NCBI GenBank assembly: GCA_963664015.2 | Contig: CAXXLF010000001.1 | Coordinates: 608,001 to 672,000, forward strand | Direction of reading: 5' to 3' | Origin: Candidatus Binatia bacterium | GTDB taxonomy: Bacteria > Desulfobacterota > Binatia > UBA9968 > CAXXLF01 | Length of the DNA stretch: 64,000 nt | Shown here: piece by piece, positions 11,638-22,277 of the stretch | Position numbering within the stretch: position 1 is the stretch's first letter | Layout of the letters: every line of letters starts with the position of its first letter | Position numbers and translations under genes: made by a program | Notes under the pieces: generated by a model | The model's database searches: none | What the model was told of the DNA's origin: nothing | What the model saw: the letters and a program-made list of their open reading frames with translations, nothing else

Positions 11638-11945
11638 TACTCAAGACTATCTAGGTGATTTTGAATACCTGCTCACCGATTGGCCCAATGGATTCCGCCT
11701 CGGGGAGAACCAATCGCACATCTATCACCGCTAATTCAGGCGGACACCTCGGTTGACTGCCTACCAGCGATGTAAGCCATTGAGACACCCAGGAGTTGGG
11801 TTCTCCCGAATAAGGAAGAGCAGGTCGAGTCATATGCCTTGTTTACCGACCGGGGAGATTATAAAATAATATATCTTTTGAAAGAGACAAAAAATGGGGT
11901 CAAGCCGCCTTACAGCCCCCATGGCTCTCATAATCAGAATCTGTA

Positions 11946-12326
11946 ATGAATTCCTACCGAGAACACCGTGACCGCATGAAGCGGCAGAAACGCAAAACGA
12001 CGACGCGCAAGGTGGTGCTCGTGGCTGTTGGGGGGCTCCTCCTCTTTGGAAGTCTTTTCTTATTATTCATGCCTAGCTACCTTGACGGGCAGCGCGGGAC
12101 TGTTGTCGGCTATCAGGACGACACCTCTGCAACGTCTTCCCGCCGTTATCTGGTAATTCGACTAGATGGTGGGAGTACCGTTCAAGCGAGAATCAAAAAA
12201 CACATACCCTATAAACTCGAGAATCGTGTCATGGTCAAAGAAATTACCAATCGGGTCTTTGGATATAAATGGTATGTATTCAGACAATACCTCGACGAAT
12301 CTCAAAGCCCAGCCAACACCCAGTAA
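11946..12326 (+). CDS. Hypothetical membrane-anchored protein
   Basis: Basic N-terminus plus one hydrophobic helix. Confidence 0.55.
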   Translation: MNSYREHRDRMKRQKRKTTTRKVVLVAVGGLLLFGSLFLLFMPSYLDGQRGTVVGYQDDTSATSSRRYLVIRLDGGSTVQARIKKHIPYKLENRVMVKEITNRVFGYKWYVFRQYLDESQSPANTQ

Positions 12327-12352
12327 AAGCGCCCTCCTCCCTCGCGGGTACC

Positions 12353-12694
12353 ATGAAACAGGTCATTGTTGTAAATAACGAACTAAAACTTCCCAAGGGA
12401 AAGCTCGCCTCTCAAGTGGCTCACGCAGCTGTAGCCGCGTTTCTGGAAGCGGATCAACATACCCAGAAGACCTGGGTCGCTAGCGGAATGCCTAAGGTAG
12501 TCCTTAGGGTTCATTGCGCGGAAGATTTGATGAGGCTCGTAACCCTAGCTCGAGCGCGGAAGATACCCTTTTCCTTGATCCAAGATGCGGGAAAAACAGT
12601 GGTCCCGGAGGGAACCGTGACCTGTCTGGGGCTGGGACCCGCCCACGAGCACGACTTGGACCCATTAACGGGGGATCTCAAGCTCTTGAGATGA
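12353..12694 (+). CDS. pth2: Peptidyl-tRNA hydrolase type 2
   Basis: KQVIVV...KGKLASQVAHAA...KVVL...DAGKT...GTVTCLGLGP...TGDLKLL. Confidence 0.9.
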   Translation: MKQVIVVNNELKLPKGKLASQVAHAAVAAFLEADQHTQKTWVASGMPKVVLRVHCAEDLMRLVTLARARKIPFSLIQDAGKTVVPEGTVTCLGLGPAHEHDLDPLTGDLKLLR

Positions 12695-12850
12695 GCCCTT
12701 CGCAGACCATGCCTCGGGCCGGAAACGCACATTTTTACCTCTGCAGTGACCTTGTCAACAGGTTTTCGAGGCGGTAGGATCCCGGTTCGGACCTATACAC
12801 AAATAGCCAATCCGGCCCCGTACGAAAAATCGCCAAGCAGAGGGAACTCC

Positions 12851-13273
12851 ATGAGCGAAGACAAGATACGAATCCGACATACCATGCTCCCCGTTCGCGA
12901 CCTTGACCGAACCATAGACTTCTATACCCAGCTACTCGAGATGGACGTCATGCGCTTACGTCAACAGGACGAGAACACAAGGGTGGGCTATCTGGGCTAC
13001 GGCAGCGAAGATGACGGCCCTGCCCTAGAGTTGATCGAGATCGGCGAAGGCGGAGAAATCCCTCCCTGGGCAGGCCATGTCGCGATACTGGTTCCCGACC
13101 TTTTGGGACTATGCGACCGATTAAAGGCCGGTGGAGTCCAATTCACCCAGGAGCCCAAACCATCACGGCCTGGGAGCCCGGATCTTATGGCGCACATTGT
13201 CGACCCCGACGGCTACGCCATCGAGCTCAACGAGCGGCATACTCGCACCGGTCCACCACTCAAAAAGTCATAG
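12851..13273 (+). CDS. Lactoylglutathione lyase/VOC family
   Basis: HTMLPVRDLDRTIDFY...LEL...GHVAI...DPDGYAIEL. Confidence 0.85.
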   Translation: MSEDKIRIRHTMLPVRDLDRTIDFYTQLLEMDVMRLRQQDENTRVGYLGYGSEDDGPALELIEIGEGGEIPPWAGHVAILVPDLLGLCDRLKAGGVQFTQEPKPSRPGSPDLMAHIVDPDGYAIELNERHTRTGPPLKKS

Positions 13274-13396
13274 ACCAGGAGACCGTCCAAGCGTTAAGAG
13301 CAAAGACCGGGCTTATCCTTAGATGAAAAGATTCAAACGACCCGCCGGTTACGGAGATTCCTTAGGGATATCTCTACCCACACTCCTTTTGCTAAT

Positions 13397-13849
13397 ATGA
13401 TCCTTCTTTTGATCGTTCTGTGGCTGATCTTTGCCGCCGGGATCTTTTTTGCAGAAAGGGGTGTGGTAGGATCCAGCATAACGTCCTATGGAGCAGTCTT
13501 ATACTGGGGCGTCGCCGCCTTCTCCACGGCGGGCATCGCCGACACACCTCGTTCCAACCTGTCCCAGTTGGTCGGTGGCATTTGGATTGTCATTGGCTCC
13601 CTCCTATTTTTCGGGACCATCGTCAGAACGGTTACCACTTACTTTATGCGCCCCATGCAACGCCCCGCCCAGAGGATCATTGATACGATCGAGTACAATC
13701 TCGAGCAGCTCGACGACCTCACTATCGATGAGCTGGATTTGCTCAAAGACACCGTGGACACCCTGATCGTTCATGTAGAGAGATTGAAGAAAGGTCATTC
13801 GAGGGGAAAAGCCTCCACTGTTTTATGCCCAGGGTATCGTTTTACTTGA
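13397..13849 (+). CDS. Two-TM potassium-channel-family protein with atypical filter
   Basis: TM-AERG...SYGAVLYWGVAAFSTAGIAD-TM layout; possible frameshifted start at 13323. Confidence 0.7.
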   Translation: MILLLIVLWLIFAAGIFFAERGVVGSSITSYGAVLYWGVAAFSTAGIADTPRSNLSQLVGGIWIVIGSLLFFGTIVRTVTTYFMRPMQRPAQRIIDTIEYNLEQLDDLTIDELDLLKDTVDTLIVHVERLKKGHSRGKASTVLCPGYRFT

Positions 13850-15059
13850 TATGACGGGTGGCCGGCATGGCGAAATAGATCCCGATGATGCACAGGGATC
13901 CAATCGTGCTCATGGAAGCCAGTGCCCATTGGGCGCCCCACAGCGAAGCTAGCGTTCCAATGAGCATGCTACCGACGGTCATGAGAAAATGATTCTGCTG
14001 AAAGACGGCCATCGTACGGCCGCGGAATTCGGATGGCGAGTGGGCTTGAACCACGGTTTGCACTAGAGCGTGGGAAGTGACATGAAAAAGCCCGACGAAC
14101 AGCATCAGGGCAACGGATAGTTTGAACCATGGGGACGTGGCAAAGGCGATGACACTGACACCATACAGAGTCACCCCTACCAGCATAACCATACCCCTGG
14201 GTAACCGGTCTCCAACCGTAGCAATGAGCACCGCACTGCACAGTGCACCCACTCCCATACCCGTAAGCAACAGTCCCTGCCCCGTTGATCCAACCCTCAG
14301 GATGTCTCGCGCAAAGACGGGCAAAAGAGTAATGAAGGGGGTAATGAACAGTGACGCAGCCATCAAAATTAGCAGACCCGCGCGAACATTTCGGTTTTGC
14401 CAGCTGAATTTCCAGCCCTCCATGATGCTCCGTCCAAAGGCCTCCCTTCCCGAGTGGGATTCCGAGCTTACTGCAGGGCTCTGTCCGATACGAAGCAGCC
14501 CGGTTACCAATGTCGCCATCAGGTACAGTGCGGTTTGAACGGCGAAAGCACTCCCCGTACCGAATCGGGCGATCAGCACCCCTGCCAATGCGGGCGCCGT
14601 ACTCCGGCTGACATTGAAGGCAATGGAGTTCAGGCCGATAGCGTTGGTCAAATGCTCCGGCGGTACGGCATCGGCAATCATGGCCGCCCGCGACGGGTGA
14701 TGGAACGTCTGGACGATGGCCGAACCCAGCGCCGTCACGTATACGTGCCAGGGTTGGATTAGTCCGGTGAAGATGAGAAGCGCCAAAGCGCCATACATTA
14801 GCCCGTCCAGTGAGAGGGCGACCATCATTTGCATCTTGCGACCGTAGCGGTCGGCCATCGTCCCCGCTACGGGAGACAACACAAGGATGGGTAAGGCCTG
14901 AATTCCCCGCACGAGACCTAGCTGAACCGGCGAGTTGGTCAGTTCATAGATGAGCCAGCCACGGGCCACTTGATCCATCCAGAGACCCATGGCAAGACAT
15001 ACGAACCCGGTCCAGAGCAATCGATACTCACGGAAGCGCAGCCCCTGAAAGGTTGACAA
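13842..15059 (-). CDS. MFS transporter, paralogue 1
   Basis: WMDQVARGWL, GTMADRYGRK; frame open upstream to about 15158. Confidence 0.85.
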   Translation of the reverse strand: MSTFQGLRFREYRLLWTGFVCLAMGLWMDQVARGWLIYELTNSPVQLGLVRGIQALPILVLSPVAGTMADRYGRKMQMMVALSLDGLMYGALALLIFTGLIQPWHVYVTALGSAIVQTFHHPSRAAMIADAVPPEHLTNAIGLNSIAFNVSRSTAPALAGVLIARFGTGSAFAVQTALYLMATLVTGLLRIGQSPAVSSESHSGREAFGRSIMEGWKFSWQNRNVRAGLLILMAASLFITPFITLLPVFARDILRVGSTGQGLLLTGMGVGALCSAVLIATVGDRLPRGMVMLVGVTLYGVSVIAFATSPWFKLSVALMLFVGLFHVTSHALVQTVVQAHSPSEFRGRTMAVFQQNHFLMTVGSMLIGTLASLWGAQWALASMSTIGSLCIIGIYFAMPATRHIK

Positions 15060-15342
15060 ACCCAGGAATGCGGTGACCGGATTCCAGGACCGTTGACGGG
15101 CAATGGACCCGGCCGCATCGCCCTCTGGAGATTCATTTTCATCATTCGACGAACCCAGATCAGCCTCCCCGACTGTGCATTTGAATCGTAATTCTCAAAG
15201 TGACCCAGCCCCCGTTTTAATTAATCCTCTCCGCTATAACCCGGCCAAGCGCCGCCTTCTAGCATACATCTTATTTCGCGTTTACGCGAAACGTGATGTT
15301 AAAAAGGTTTCGGATCAACAGATCGACATCCGAGGAAACATG

Positions 15343-16680
15343 CTAGCGAATGTGCCGAGCGCGGGGGAGCGTCAGCAGGATAATTAGCATCGCCAATGCG
15401 CCGCAGGCCCCCGTCAAAGTGAGGGCAACGGGGGCGCCCACGAGTGATGCGACGACACCAAGGAGCATCCCACCCACGGTGTGCAGGAAGTGGGCCTGCT
15501 GAAAGATAGCCATGGTCCGCCCGCGGAATTCAGAGGGGGCATAGGTTTGGATGACAGTCTGCACCAGCGCGTGTGAGCTAACGTGAAAAATTCCAACCAT
15601 CATCATGAGAACGACAGAGAGTTTAAACCAAGGGGAGGCCGAGAAGGCAACCACGCTCAGGCCATACATGGCAACGCCTCCCAGCATCACCATGCCCCGC
15701 GGTAATCGGTCACCGACGGAAGCAATAAGGACCGCACTGCACAGGGCTCCCACTCCCATCGCCGTCAAAAGTAACCCCTGCCCTGTGGCTCCGACTTTGA
15801 GAATATCTCGTGCGAAAATGGGCAGAAGCGTCGTGAAGGGAATGATAAAGAAGGAAGCCGACATGGTGATCAGAATCCCCGCATGGACAGTCTCATTTCT
15901 CCAGCTGAACTTCCAGCCCTCGAGAACGCTTCGGCCAAAGGCTTCCTTCTTTCCATGCCCGTGAGAGCCCCCAGGCGAATGCTCTCCAATACGAACAGGC
16001 AACGTCAAAAATGCGCCCAGAAAGAAGAGGAGCGCTTGGGCAGTATAGGAGCCGGCGGTACCGAACACGGCGATCAGCAGTCCTGCCAGTGCCGGCCCCG
16101 TGCTTCGGGAAACGTTAAAGGCGATCGAGTTGAGACCTATCGCATTGGTCAGATGACCCGCCGGTACGGTATCGGCAACCATGGCAGCACGTACCGGCGC
16201 ATGGAACGTTGTCACAACGGCATTCAATACGGCTGTCACGTACACATGCCACGGTCGAATCAAGCCGGTGATGATCAACACAGCCACAGCGGCATACAGC
16301 GTTCCATCCATTACCATGGCGACCATCAACTGCTTCTTACGGCTGTAACGATCAGCCAAGCTCCCGGCCAATGGAGACAACAAGAGAACCGGGATTGCCT
16401 GAACGCCCCGAACCAGGCCAAGTTGGACAGCAGAATTAGTCAGTTGATAGATGAGCCAACCACGGGCCACCTGATCCATCCAGATTCCCATGGCCGTTGA
16501 CGACCACCCGAACCAGAGCAGGCGGAACTGCACGAAGTGGAGCGCTTAAAAGGTTGGAAGTTGTGCAAATTTCCTTAAGGTATGCCAGTGCCGCCGAACC
16601 GGCATGGCCCCTTCGGCTTGGTTCCTCTGCGGTCTAGGGGCTTCTTTGTCAGATTGTGGTGAACCCAGTTCCGTCTCCAC
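15343..16680 (-). pseudogene. MFS transporter, paralogue 2, in-frame TAA at 16546-16548 (could restart at GTG 16533)
   Basis: PTF*ALHFVQFRLLW aligns with STFQGLRFREYRLLW of paralogue 1. Confidence 0.75.
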
Positions 16681-17000
16681 ATGCCAGCGGTCCCAGTGAT
16701 CTCTTTTTATACATGGATATGGTGGGGCGGGCTCGAATAAGATCACTTTCGTATAACACGGACGGGAGGGGAGCTGCCAGCAGGGACCGGATTGGCCCCT
16801 TTTCAGTCCCTATTGATTTTTCAGGTAAAATCGAGTGGAATGAAACCTAATTGCCGAGATACAACTCACACCAAAATGTTTAAGAAAGAATCGTCTTGAT
16901 GGTCCCGATGCACCTTGTCCGATCCTGCTCGTCTTTCCCAGGCTTTTTTTGCTGCCTGTATCCTAGCCTTAATTTTACCAAAAGGAATTAACAGATTGAG

Positions 17001-17762
17001 ATGCTTGTCCAATTAACCGATTTCTTTGCCACCCGGCAGGAGCTGCTCTGGCTTACGACCGTAGCTATTGATCTGGGCTCCGCTCTGCTCATGTACCGCT
17101 TTTTCGGCAAGATGGGACTCTACGCCTCGGTGACGCTTTCCATCCTACTGGCCAACCTGCAAGGTCCGAAGCTCATTATCATTATGGGCATGCAAACGAG
17201 CATGGGCGTGATTATCTATTCGGGGATCTATTTTGCCACCGACATGCTGAGTGAAAAATACGGCAAGCGAGAGGCCAACCGCGCCGTCATGATCGGCTTC
17301 GCCATCAGCTGTATCATCCTGGTCATGATCTCCATCAGTCTCATGTTCCAACCCTCAACGAATCCGGAAACCGAAGTCTTCTCACGCAACGTGCATGAGG
17401 CCTTCGCCACCCTGTTCAACTTCACTCCACGCTTCGTCCTGGGTTCCCTCACCGCCTACTACATCAGCCAGCACCTGGACGTATACATATTCCACGCTAT
17501 CCGCGACCGAACTGGCACACGCCACCTGTGGCTCAGGAACAATGGCTCGACCATGGTGTCGCAGGCCGTCGACACGATGATTTATTCGCTAGTGGTCTGG
17601 TGGGGCCTTGTGGAGCTACCGACAGCGATTGAACTGGGGATTTCCAAATACGTGATCAAACTGATCATCGCCCTGTTGGACACTCCCTTTATCTACTGGG
17701 GACGTCGCTGGGACACACGCGCGATCGATTGGAACAGTGAGGCAGAAGAAGACCACCCATAA
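17001..17762 (+). CDS. yhhQ: VUT family queuosine-precursor transporter (YhhQ-like)
   Basis: YFATDMLSEKYGKREA, SLTAYYISQHLDV, LWLRNNGSTMVSQAVDT, LLDTPFIY. Confidence 0.85.
   Translation: MLVQLTDFFATRQELLWLTTVAIDLGSALLMYRFFGKMGLYASVTLSILLANLQGPKLIIIMGMQTSMGVIIYSGIYFATDMLSEKYGKREANRAVMIGFAISCIILVMISISLMFQPSTNPETEVFSRNVHEAFATLFNFTPRFVLGSLTAYYISQHLDVYIFHAIRDRTGTRHLWLRNNGSTMVSQAVDTMIYSLVVWWGLVELPTAIELGISKYVIKLIIALLDTPFIYWGRRWDTRAIDWNSEAEEDHP
17628..17756 (+). repeat. Direct repeat copy 1 (3' end of yhhQ)
   Basis: ATTGAACTGGGGATTTCCAAATAC...AACAGTGAGGC recurs at 19223-19351. Confidence 0.85.
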
Positions 17763-17794
17763 ACCAAGGGACCTGGACTCGGCCGGCCAGGGGG

Positions 17795-19123
17795 CTACCG
17801 GATAGAACGCGTCTGCGGCATCGTCACAAAAATCAAAAACATGCTGAGCGTGCCCAAGACGGCCATGGACGCCATCGCCTCCTGGGCGCCCCACAGGGAA
17901 GCCAGGACCCCGATAAGCACGCTTCCCATGGTATGAATGAAGTGGCTCTGGTGATAGACGGACATGGTGCGGCCGCGGAATTCGGAAGGCGAGTAGCTTT
18001 GGATAACGGTTTGGACCAGGGCGTGGGAGCTCACGTGGAACAGGCCCACGAACATCATCAATACCATGGAGAGCTTGAACCAGGGCGAGGCCGAAAAGAC
18101 GACGACACTGAGTCCGTACATGGCCACCCCTCCTAACATGACAATGCCCCGGGGCAGTTTGTCGCCGACGGAAGCGATGAGAACCGCGCTGCAAAGGGCT
18201 CCGATGCCCATCGCCGTCAGGAGAAGCCCCTGGCCAGTGGCGCCCACATTGAGGATATCCCGGGCGAAGACCGGCAGGAGAGTCGAAAAGGGAATGATGA
18301 ACAACGAGGCAAAGCCAGTGATGACGAGACCGAGGCGGACGTTTTCGTTTCTCCAGCTGAACTTCCAACCCTCGACGATGCTCCTGCCGAAGGACCCTTT
18401 GCCGGAGGCAGGGCCGCGCCTCCCCTCGGAGGAGCGCTGCGTGGGACGGAGTTGTAAGGTAAACACGGTCGCCAGCAGGAAAAAGACGGCCTGGACGGCG
18501 TAGGAACCGCCCGTCCCAAACGTCGCGATAAGCAGGCCAGCCAGCGCCGGTCCAGTGCTCCGGCTCACGTTGAAGACGATGGAGTTAAGACCGATGGCGT
18601 TGGTCAGGTGGCTCGCCGGCACGGCATCGGCGACCATGGCGGCACGGGACGGCTGCTGGAAGGTCTGGACGATGGACTGTGTGAAGGCGGTCACGTAGAC
18701 ATGCCAGGGGAGAATTTTGCCGGTAAAGATGAACAGCGCAACGGCGGCGTACATCAACCCGTCCAGCACCTGCGCCACCAGAATCTGGGTCTTACGGTCA
18801 AAGCGGTCAGCGGTGCTTCCCGCGATAGGGGACAGCAAGAGGATGGGAATGGCCTGGACCCCGCGTACGAGGCCCAGTTGGACCTTGGAGTTGGTCAGTT
18901 CATAGATAAGCCACCCGCGGGCCACCTGATCCATCCAGGTGCCCATGGCTGTAAACATCTGCCCCAACCACAGAAGACGAAACTCACGAAAGCCGAGGGC
19001 CTCGAACATGCGAAGTCTGAGAAAGGCTTCGAAGACCCCCCAGGTCCGCAGCGGAGTTTTCTCCCCATGGGTTTCGGCCAGCGGTGGGGGGTCAGTGCGC
19101 TTTTCGAGAGTCGGTAATTCCAA
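17795..19123 (-). CDS. MFS transporter, paralogue 3
   Basis: Intact ORF closely similar to paralogues 1 and 2. Confidence 0.9.
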   Translation of the reverse strand: MELPTLEKRTDPPPLAETHGEKTPLRTWGVFEAFLRLRMFEALGFREFRLLWLGQMFTAMGTWMDQVARGWLIYELTNSKVQLGLVRGVQAIPILLLSPIAGSTADRFDRKTQILVAQVLDGLMYAAVALFIFTGKILPWHVYVTAFTQSIVQTFQQPSRAAMVADAVPASHLTNAIGLNSIVFNVSRSTGPALAGLLIATFGTGGSYAVQAVFFLLATVFTLQLRPTQRSSEGRRGPASGKGSFGRSIVEGWKFSWRNENVRLGLVITGFASLFIIPFSTLLPVFARDILNVGATGQGLLLTAMGIGALCSAVLIASVGDKLPRGIVMLGGVAMYGLSVVVFSASPWFKLSMVLMMFVGLFHVSSHALVQTVIQSYSPSEFRGRTMSVYHQSHFIHTMGSVLIGVLASLWGAQEAMASMAVLGTLSMFLIFVTMPQTRSIR

Positions 19124-19222
19124 CGAGGCCTCTATTTCAGTCGAGAGACGTTCCGGTCCGGCCTATTAAAACCACGCCACCGGACTACGATTGCTTCCCC
19201 TTATAAACACGAAGCGACGGCC

Positions 19223-19351
19223 ATTGAACTGGGGATTTCCAAATACCTGATCGAACTGATCATCGCCCTTTTGGATATTCCCTTTATCTACTGGGGACGC
19301 TGCCTGGGACACACGCGCGCTCGATTTGAACAGTGAGGCGAAGAACACCAC
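19223..19351 (+). repeat. Direct repeat copy 2 (degenerate yhhQ 3' end)
   Basis: Matches 17628-17756 with scattered substitutions and small indels. Confidence 0.85.
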
Positions 19352-19354
19352 GAC

Positions 19355-19892
19355 TGATTTCAAACAGAGGGCGGTTTTTCTTCGCCCTTCCAGTCCGGGG
19401 CATTTTCGACCTGCTCGAACATGTTTCCTAAAACTTTGGAAAAAGGGCTGTAGCGAAAAGCCATCCACTTGGCCGCCTTTCCCTTTTCATTGAAGTGTTG
19501 ATGCTCACAGCCCGGTGGGCTTCACCGGCAAAACAATGAGGTCCCACTTCTCCCAATTGACCTTCTCCCCGTCCACAACCGTGTACCCCTCGCCCTCCAG
19601 GACGAACAACTGGATACCCCCCTGGTGGCGGTGTTTTCCCGACTGACGTTTGACGTCATGGATGAAACAAGTCCAGTCGGTAGCAGCCGTATCGTTCATA
19701 CCATGATAAGAGAGATAGGACTTGGAATAAGACTGCCTGCCCCTGACGCCAAGGACGCTCGCTCCCCTTGATAACGATTTTGCCGGTCCTGGCCCGCTCC
19801 CTGGCCTCCGCGTTGAGCCTCAGAGTAGCTTCATAGTGCTCGCCCTGGTCCTTATGGGCCGGTTCCTTTTCTCTGACTCTTTCCCTTTCCAT
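19355..19892 (-). pseudogene. Cupin domain protein with two frameshifts
   Basis: SGKHRHQGG...VLEGEGYTVVDG...EHQHFN over three frames. Confidence 0.75.
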
Positions 19893-20052
19893 GTCAATTC
19901 CCTCCCCATATGCGACAGAAAACCGCGCTTATGAATACCATCCGCGTCCAGGGTCAGTCAAATTTCACCGATCCATATGCCCATCCGCCCATGTACAATG
20001 GGTGCCCGACCCGCTATACTTCAATCACTAAATAAGGCAGGACCGTGCAATA

Positions 20053-21135
20053 GTGAAGATCGCGATTATCGGGCTCCCCAACAGCGGAAAAACAACAGTT
20101 TTCAATGCCCTAACGCGTCAAACGATTGAGACTGCGGCTTTCAGTTCAGGACGGCTGGAGCCCAATCTAGCGGCCGTCAAGGTTCCCGACCCGCGACTCC
20201 AGGCCATGGCCCAGATCTACAAACCCCGTAAGGTCACGCCCGCGGAAGTTCAGTACGTGGATGTAAACGGGTTCAGGGGTGGAGATACTCACGAAAAGGA
20301 GCTGTCTCCTGAACTGCTGGGATCCATTGGGGCGGCCGATGCGCTGCTCCACGTGGTTCGTGCCTTCGAAGACGAGCGCGTGGCCCATCCCCTTGGTTCC
20401 GTCGACCCTGAACGGGATCGCGCTCAGATGGAGTTGGAATTGATCTTTTCAGATCTGATGATCATCGAACGGCGATTGGAGCGGTTGGACAAGGAAATAC
20501 GCAAGCTCTCAGGTCAGGAAAAAGAGCTTAGAGTAGCTGAGAAAGACCTCTTGGGACGGATCAAGGAATCTCTGGAACAGGAGAGACCCATCCGGGAACT
20601 CGACCTCACCCCTCAGGAGGAAAAGCTTCTGCGCGGCTATGCCCTACTGTCATTGAAACCGGTTTTGATCGTGCCCAATATTGGCGAAGACAAGATCTTG
20701 GAGCCCTGTCCGTTGAAAACGGATTCCGTTCGGAGTTCTGTTGTCCCTTTGAGCGCCAAAATCGAGGCCGAGATGGCACAGTTGAACGACGATGAGGCCG
20801 GTGAATTCATGGAAGCATTAGGAATCAAGGAACCGGCCAGGGACCGGGTTATCGCATCCTCCTATACCCTTCTGGGTCTCATGAGTTTTCTTACGGTGGG
20901 AGAGGATGAGGTACGGGCCTGGCCGATTCGGAGCGGCACCCAGGCCGTTGACGCCGCAGGGGTCATTCATTCGGACATCCAACGGGGATATATCCGCGCC
21001 GAGGTCGTGAGCTACCAGGATCTGGTTCAGGCCGGTCACATGGTGGCAGCCAAAAAACTGGGGAAGGTTAGGCTCGAGGGCAAAGAGTACCCCGTCAAAG
21101 ATGGCGATATCTGTCATTTTTTATTCAATGTTTGA
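20053..21135 (+). CDS. ychF: Redox-regulated ATPase YchF
   Basis: GLPNSGKTT, VKVPDPRL, EVRAW, AAGVIHSD, RLEGKEY. Confidence 0.92.
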   Translation: MKIAIIGLPNSGKTTVFNALTRQTIETAAFSSGRLEPNLAAVKVPDPRLQAMAQIYKPRKVTPAEVQYVDVNGFRGGDTHEKELSPELLGSIGAADALLHVVRAFEDERVAHPLGSVDPERDRAQMELELIFSDLMIIERRLERLDKEIRKLSGQEKELRVAEKDLLGRIKESLEQERPIRELDLTPQEEKLLRGYALLSLKPVLIVPNIGEDKILEPCPLKTDSVRSSVVPLSAKIEAEMAQLNDDEAGEFMEALGIKEPARDRVIASSYTLLGLMSFLTVGEDEVRAWPIRSGTQAVDAAGVIHSDIQRGYIRAEVVSYQDLVQAGHMVAAKKLGKVRLEGKEYPVKDGDICHFLFNV

Positions 21136-21173
21136 GACTAGAATCGAGTTCGTTGCTTTGAGGGAACAAAAGC

Positions 21174-22277
21174 TTGGATAATTTGGACCATTCGGATCAG
21201 CCCGCCGAGAACACCCAACAACCCGGTCGCCTGAAAAGGTTCTTCGCACGTCTGAAACCGGCGCGTTCGCAGGAATCGGAACCTTCGAAGCCACGGAAAC
21301 GCTCGCGGGGGATCCTGGTCGTGATCATCCTCTTACTCCTGGCCCTTCCGGGTCTGGGTATCTACTGGAGCAGGGAACCTGACCTCTTTGACGTCCAGGA
21401 GACGATCCAAAGGAGAGCTGCGAATTCCAACCAGAACATAGTCACAGGATTCGCGACCACCGGCACGCTGATCGAGGTGGCCGAGCGATTACTGAACAAA
21501 CCGGGCGGCTATTTGAGCAACGATATTCTCCCACCGGGAGTCCTGATGGACAACCTGCCCAATTGGGAGTTTGGCATCCTAGTACAAATACGAGATCTCG
21601 CCAGGTCGCTTCGCAACGACATGAGCCGGGCCCAGACCCAATCCCAGGCTAACCCGGATCTGGCCATAGCCGAACCCCAATTCAGTGTGAACAGCTACGC
21701 CTGGTTATTCCCTGCAGCAGAGACCGAATACCAAAAGGGGATCGAAGCCCTGGAACGGTATCTTGCCGGCGTTGCAGATACCGCAAATTCCCAAGCGCAG
21801 TTTTTCGCCCGTGCCGACAACCTTCGCAACTGGTTGAGGATTGTCGCATCACGATTGGGGAGCCTGTCCCAACGCCTGAGCGCCAGCGTAGGTCAGCAAC
21901 GCATCAATACGGACCTGGCAGGCGATGCGGAGGCCACTCAATCCACTCCCCTGGCAGACCAAGTTGAAATCAAGACCCCCTGGTTAGAGGTAGACAACGT
22001 TTTTTATGAAGCGCGGGGGACTAGTTGGGCCTTGATCCACTTCCTACGCGCAGCGGAGATAGACTTCAAGGAAGTCCTGGAAAAGAAAAACGCATTGCGC
22101 AGCGTCCAGCAAATCATTCGGGAGTTGGAAGGAACCCAGCGAACCGTCTGGAGCCCGGTTGTCCTCAACGGGTCGGATTTCGGTTTTACGGCCAACTACT
22201 CTCTCGTCATGTCCTCCTACATCGCCAGAGCGAACGCCGGGATCATCGATCTGACCAATTTACTGAGCCAGGGTTAG
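21174..22277 (+). CDS. DUF2333 family protein
   Basis: GIYWSREPD, KPGGYLSND, DNLPNWEFG, DNVFYEARG. Confidence 0.75.
   Translation: MDNLDHSDQPAENTQQPGRLKRFFARLKPARSQESEPSKPRKRSRGILVVIILLLLALPGLGIYWSREPDLFDVQETIQRRAANSNQNIVTGFATTGTLIEVAERLLNKPGGYLSNDILPPGVLMDNLPNWEFGILVQIRDLARSLRNDMSRAQTQSQANPDLAIAEPQFSVNSYAWLFPAAETEYQKGIEALERYLAGVADTANSQAQFFARADNLRNWLRIVASRLGSLSQRLSASVGQQRINTDLAGDAEATQSTPLADQVEIKTPWLEVDNVFYEARGTSWALIHFLRAAEIDFKEVLEKKNALRSVQQIIRELEGTQRTVWSPVVLNGSDFGFTANYSLVMSSYIARANAGIIDLTNLLSQG

Noticed and set aside
16850-17000. preQ1 riboswitch expected upstream of yhhQ
   Set aside because: No recognisable preQ1 stem-loop with A-rich tail by eye; an Rfam scan would be needed.
19505-19515. 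TGA in the cupin gene as selenocysteine
   Set aside because: The protein continues in another frame (CEHQHFN), so it is a frameshift.
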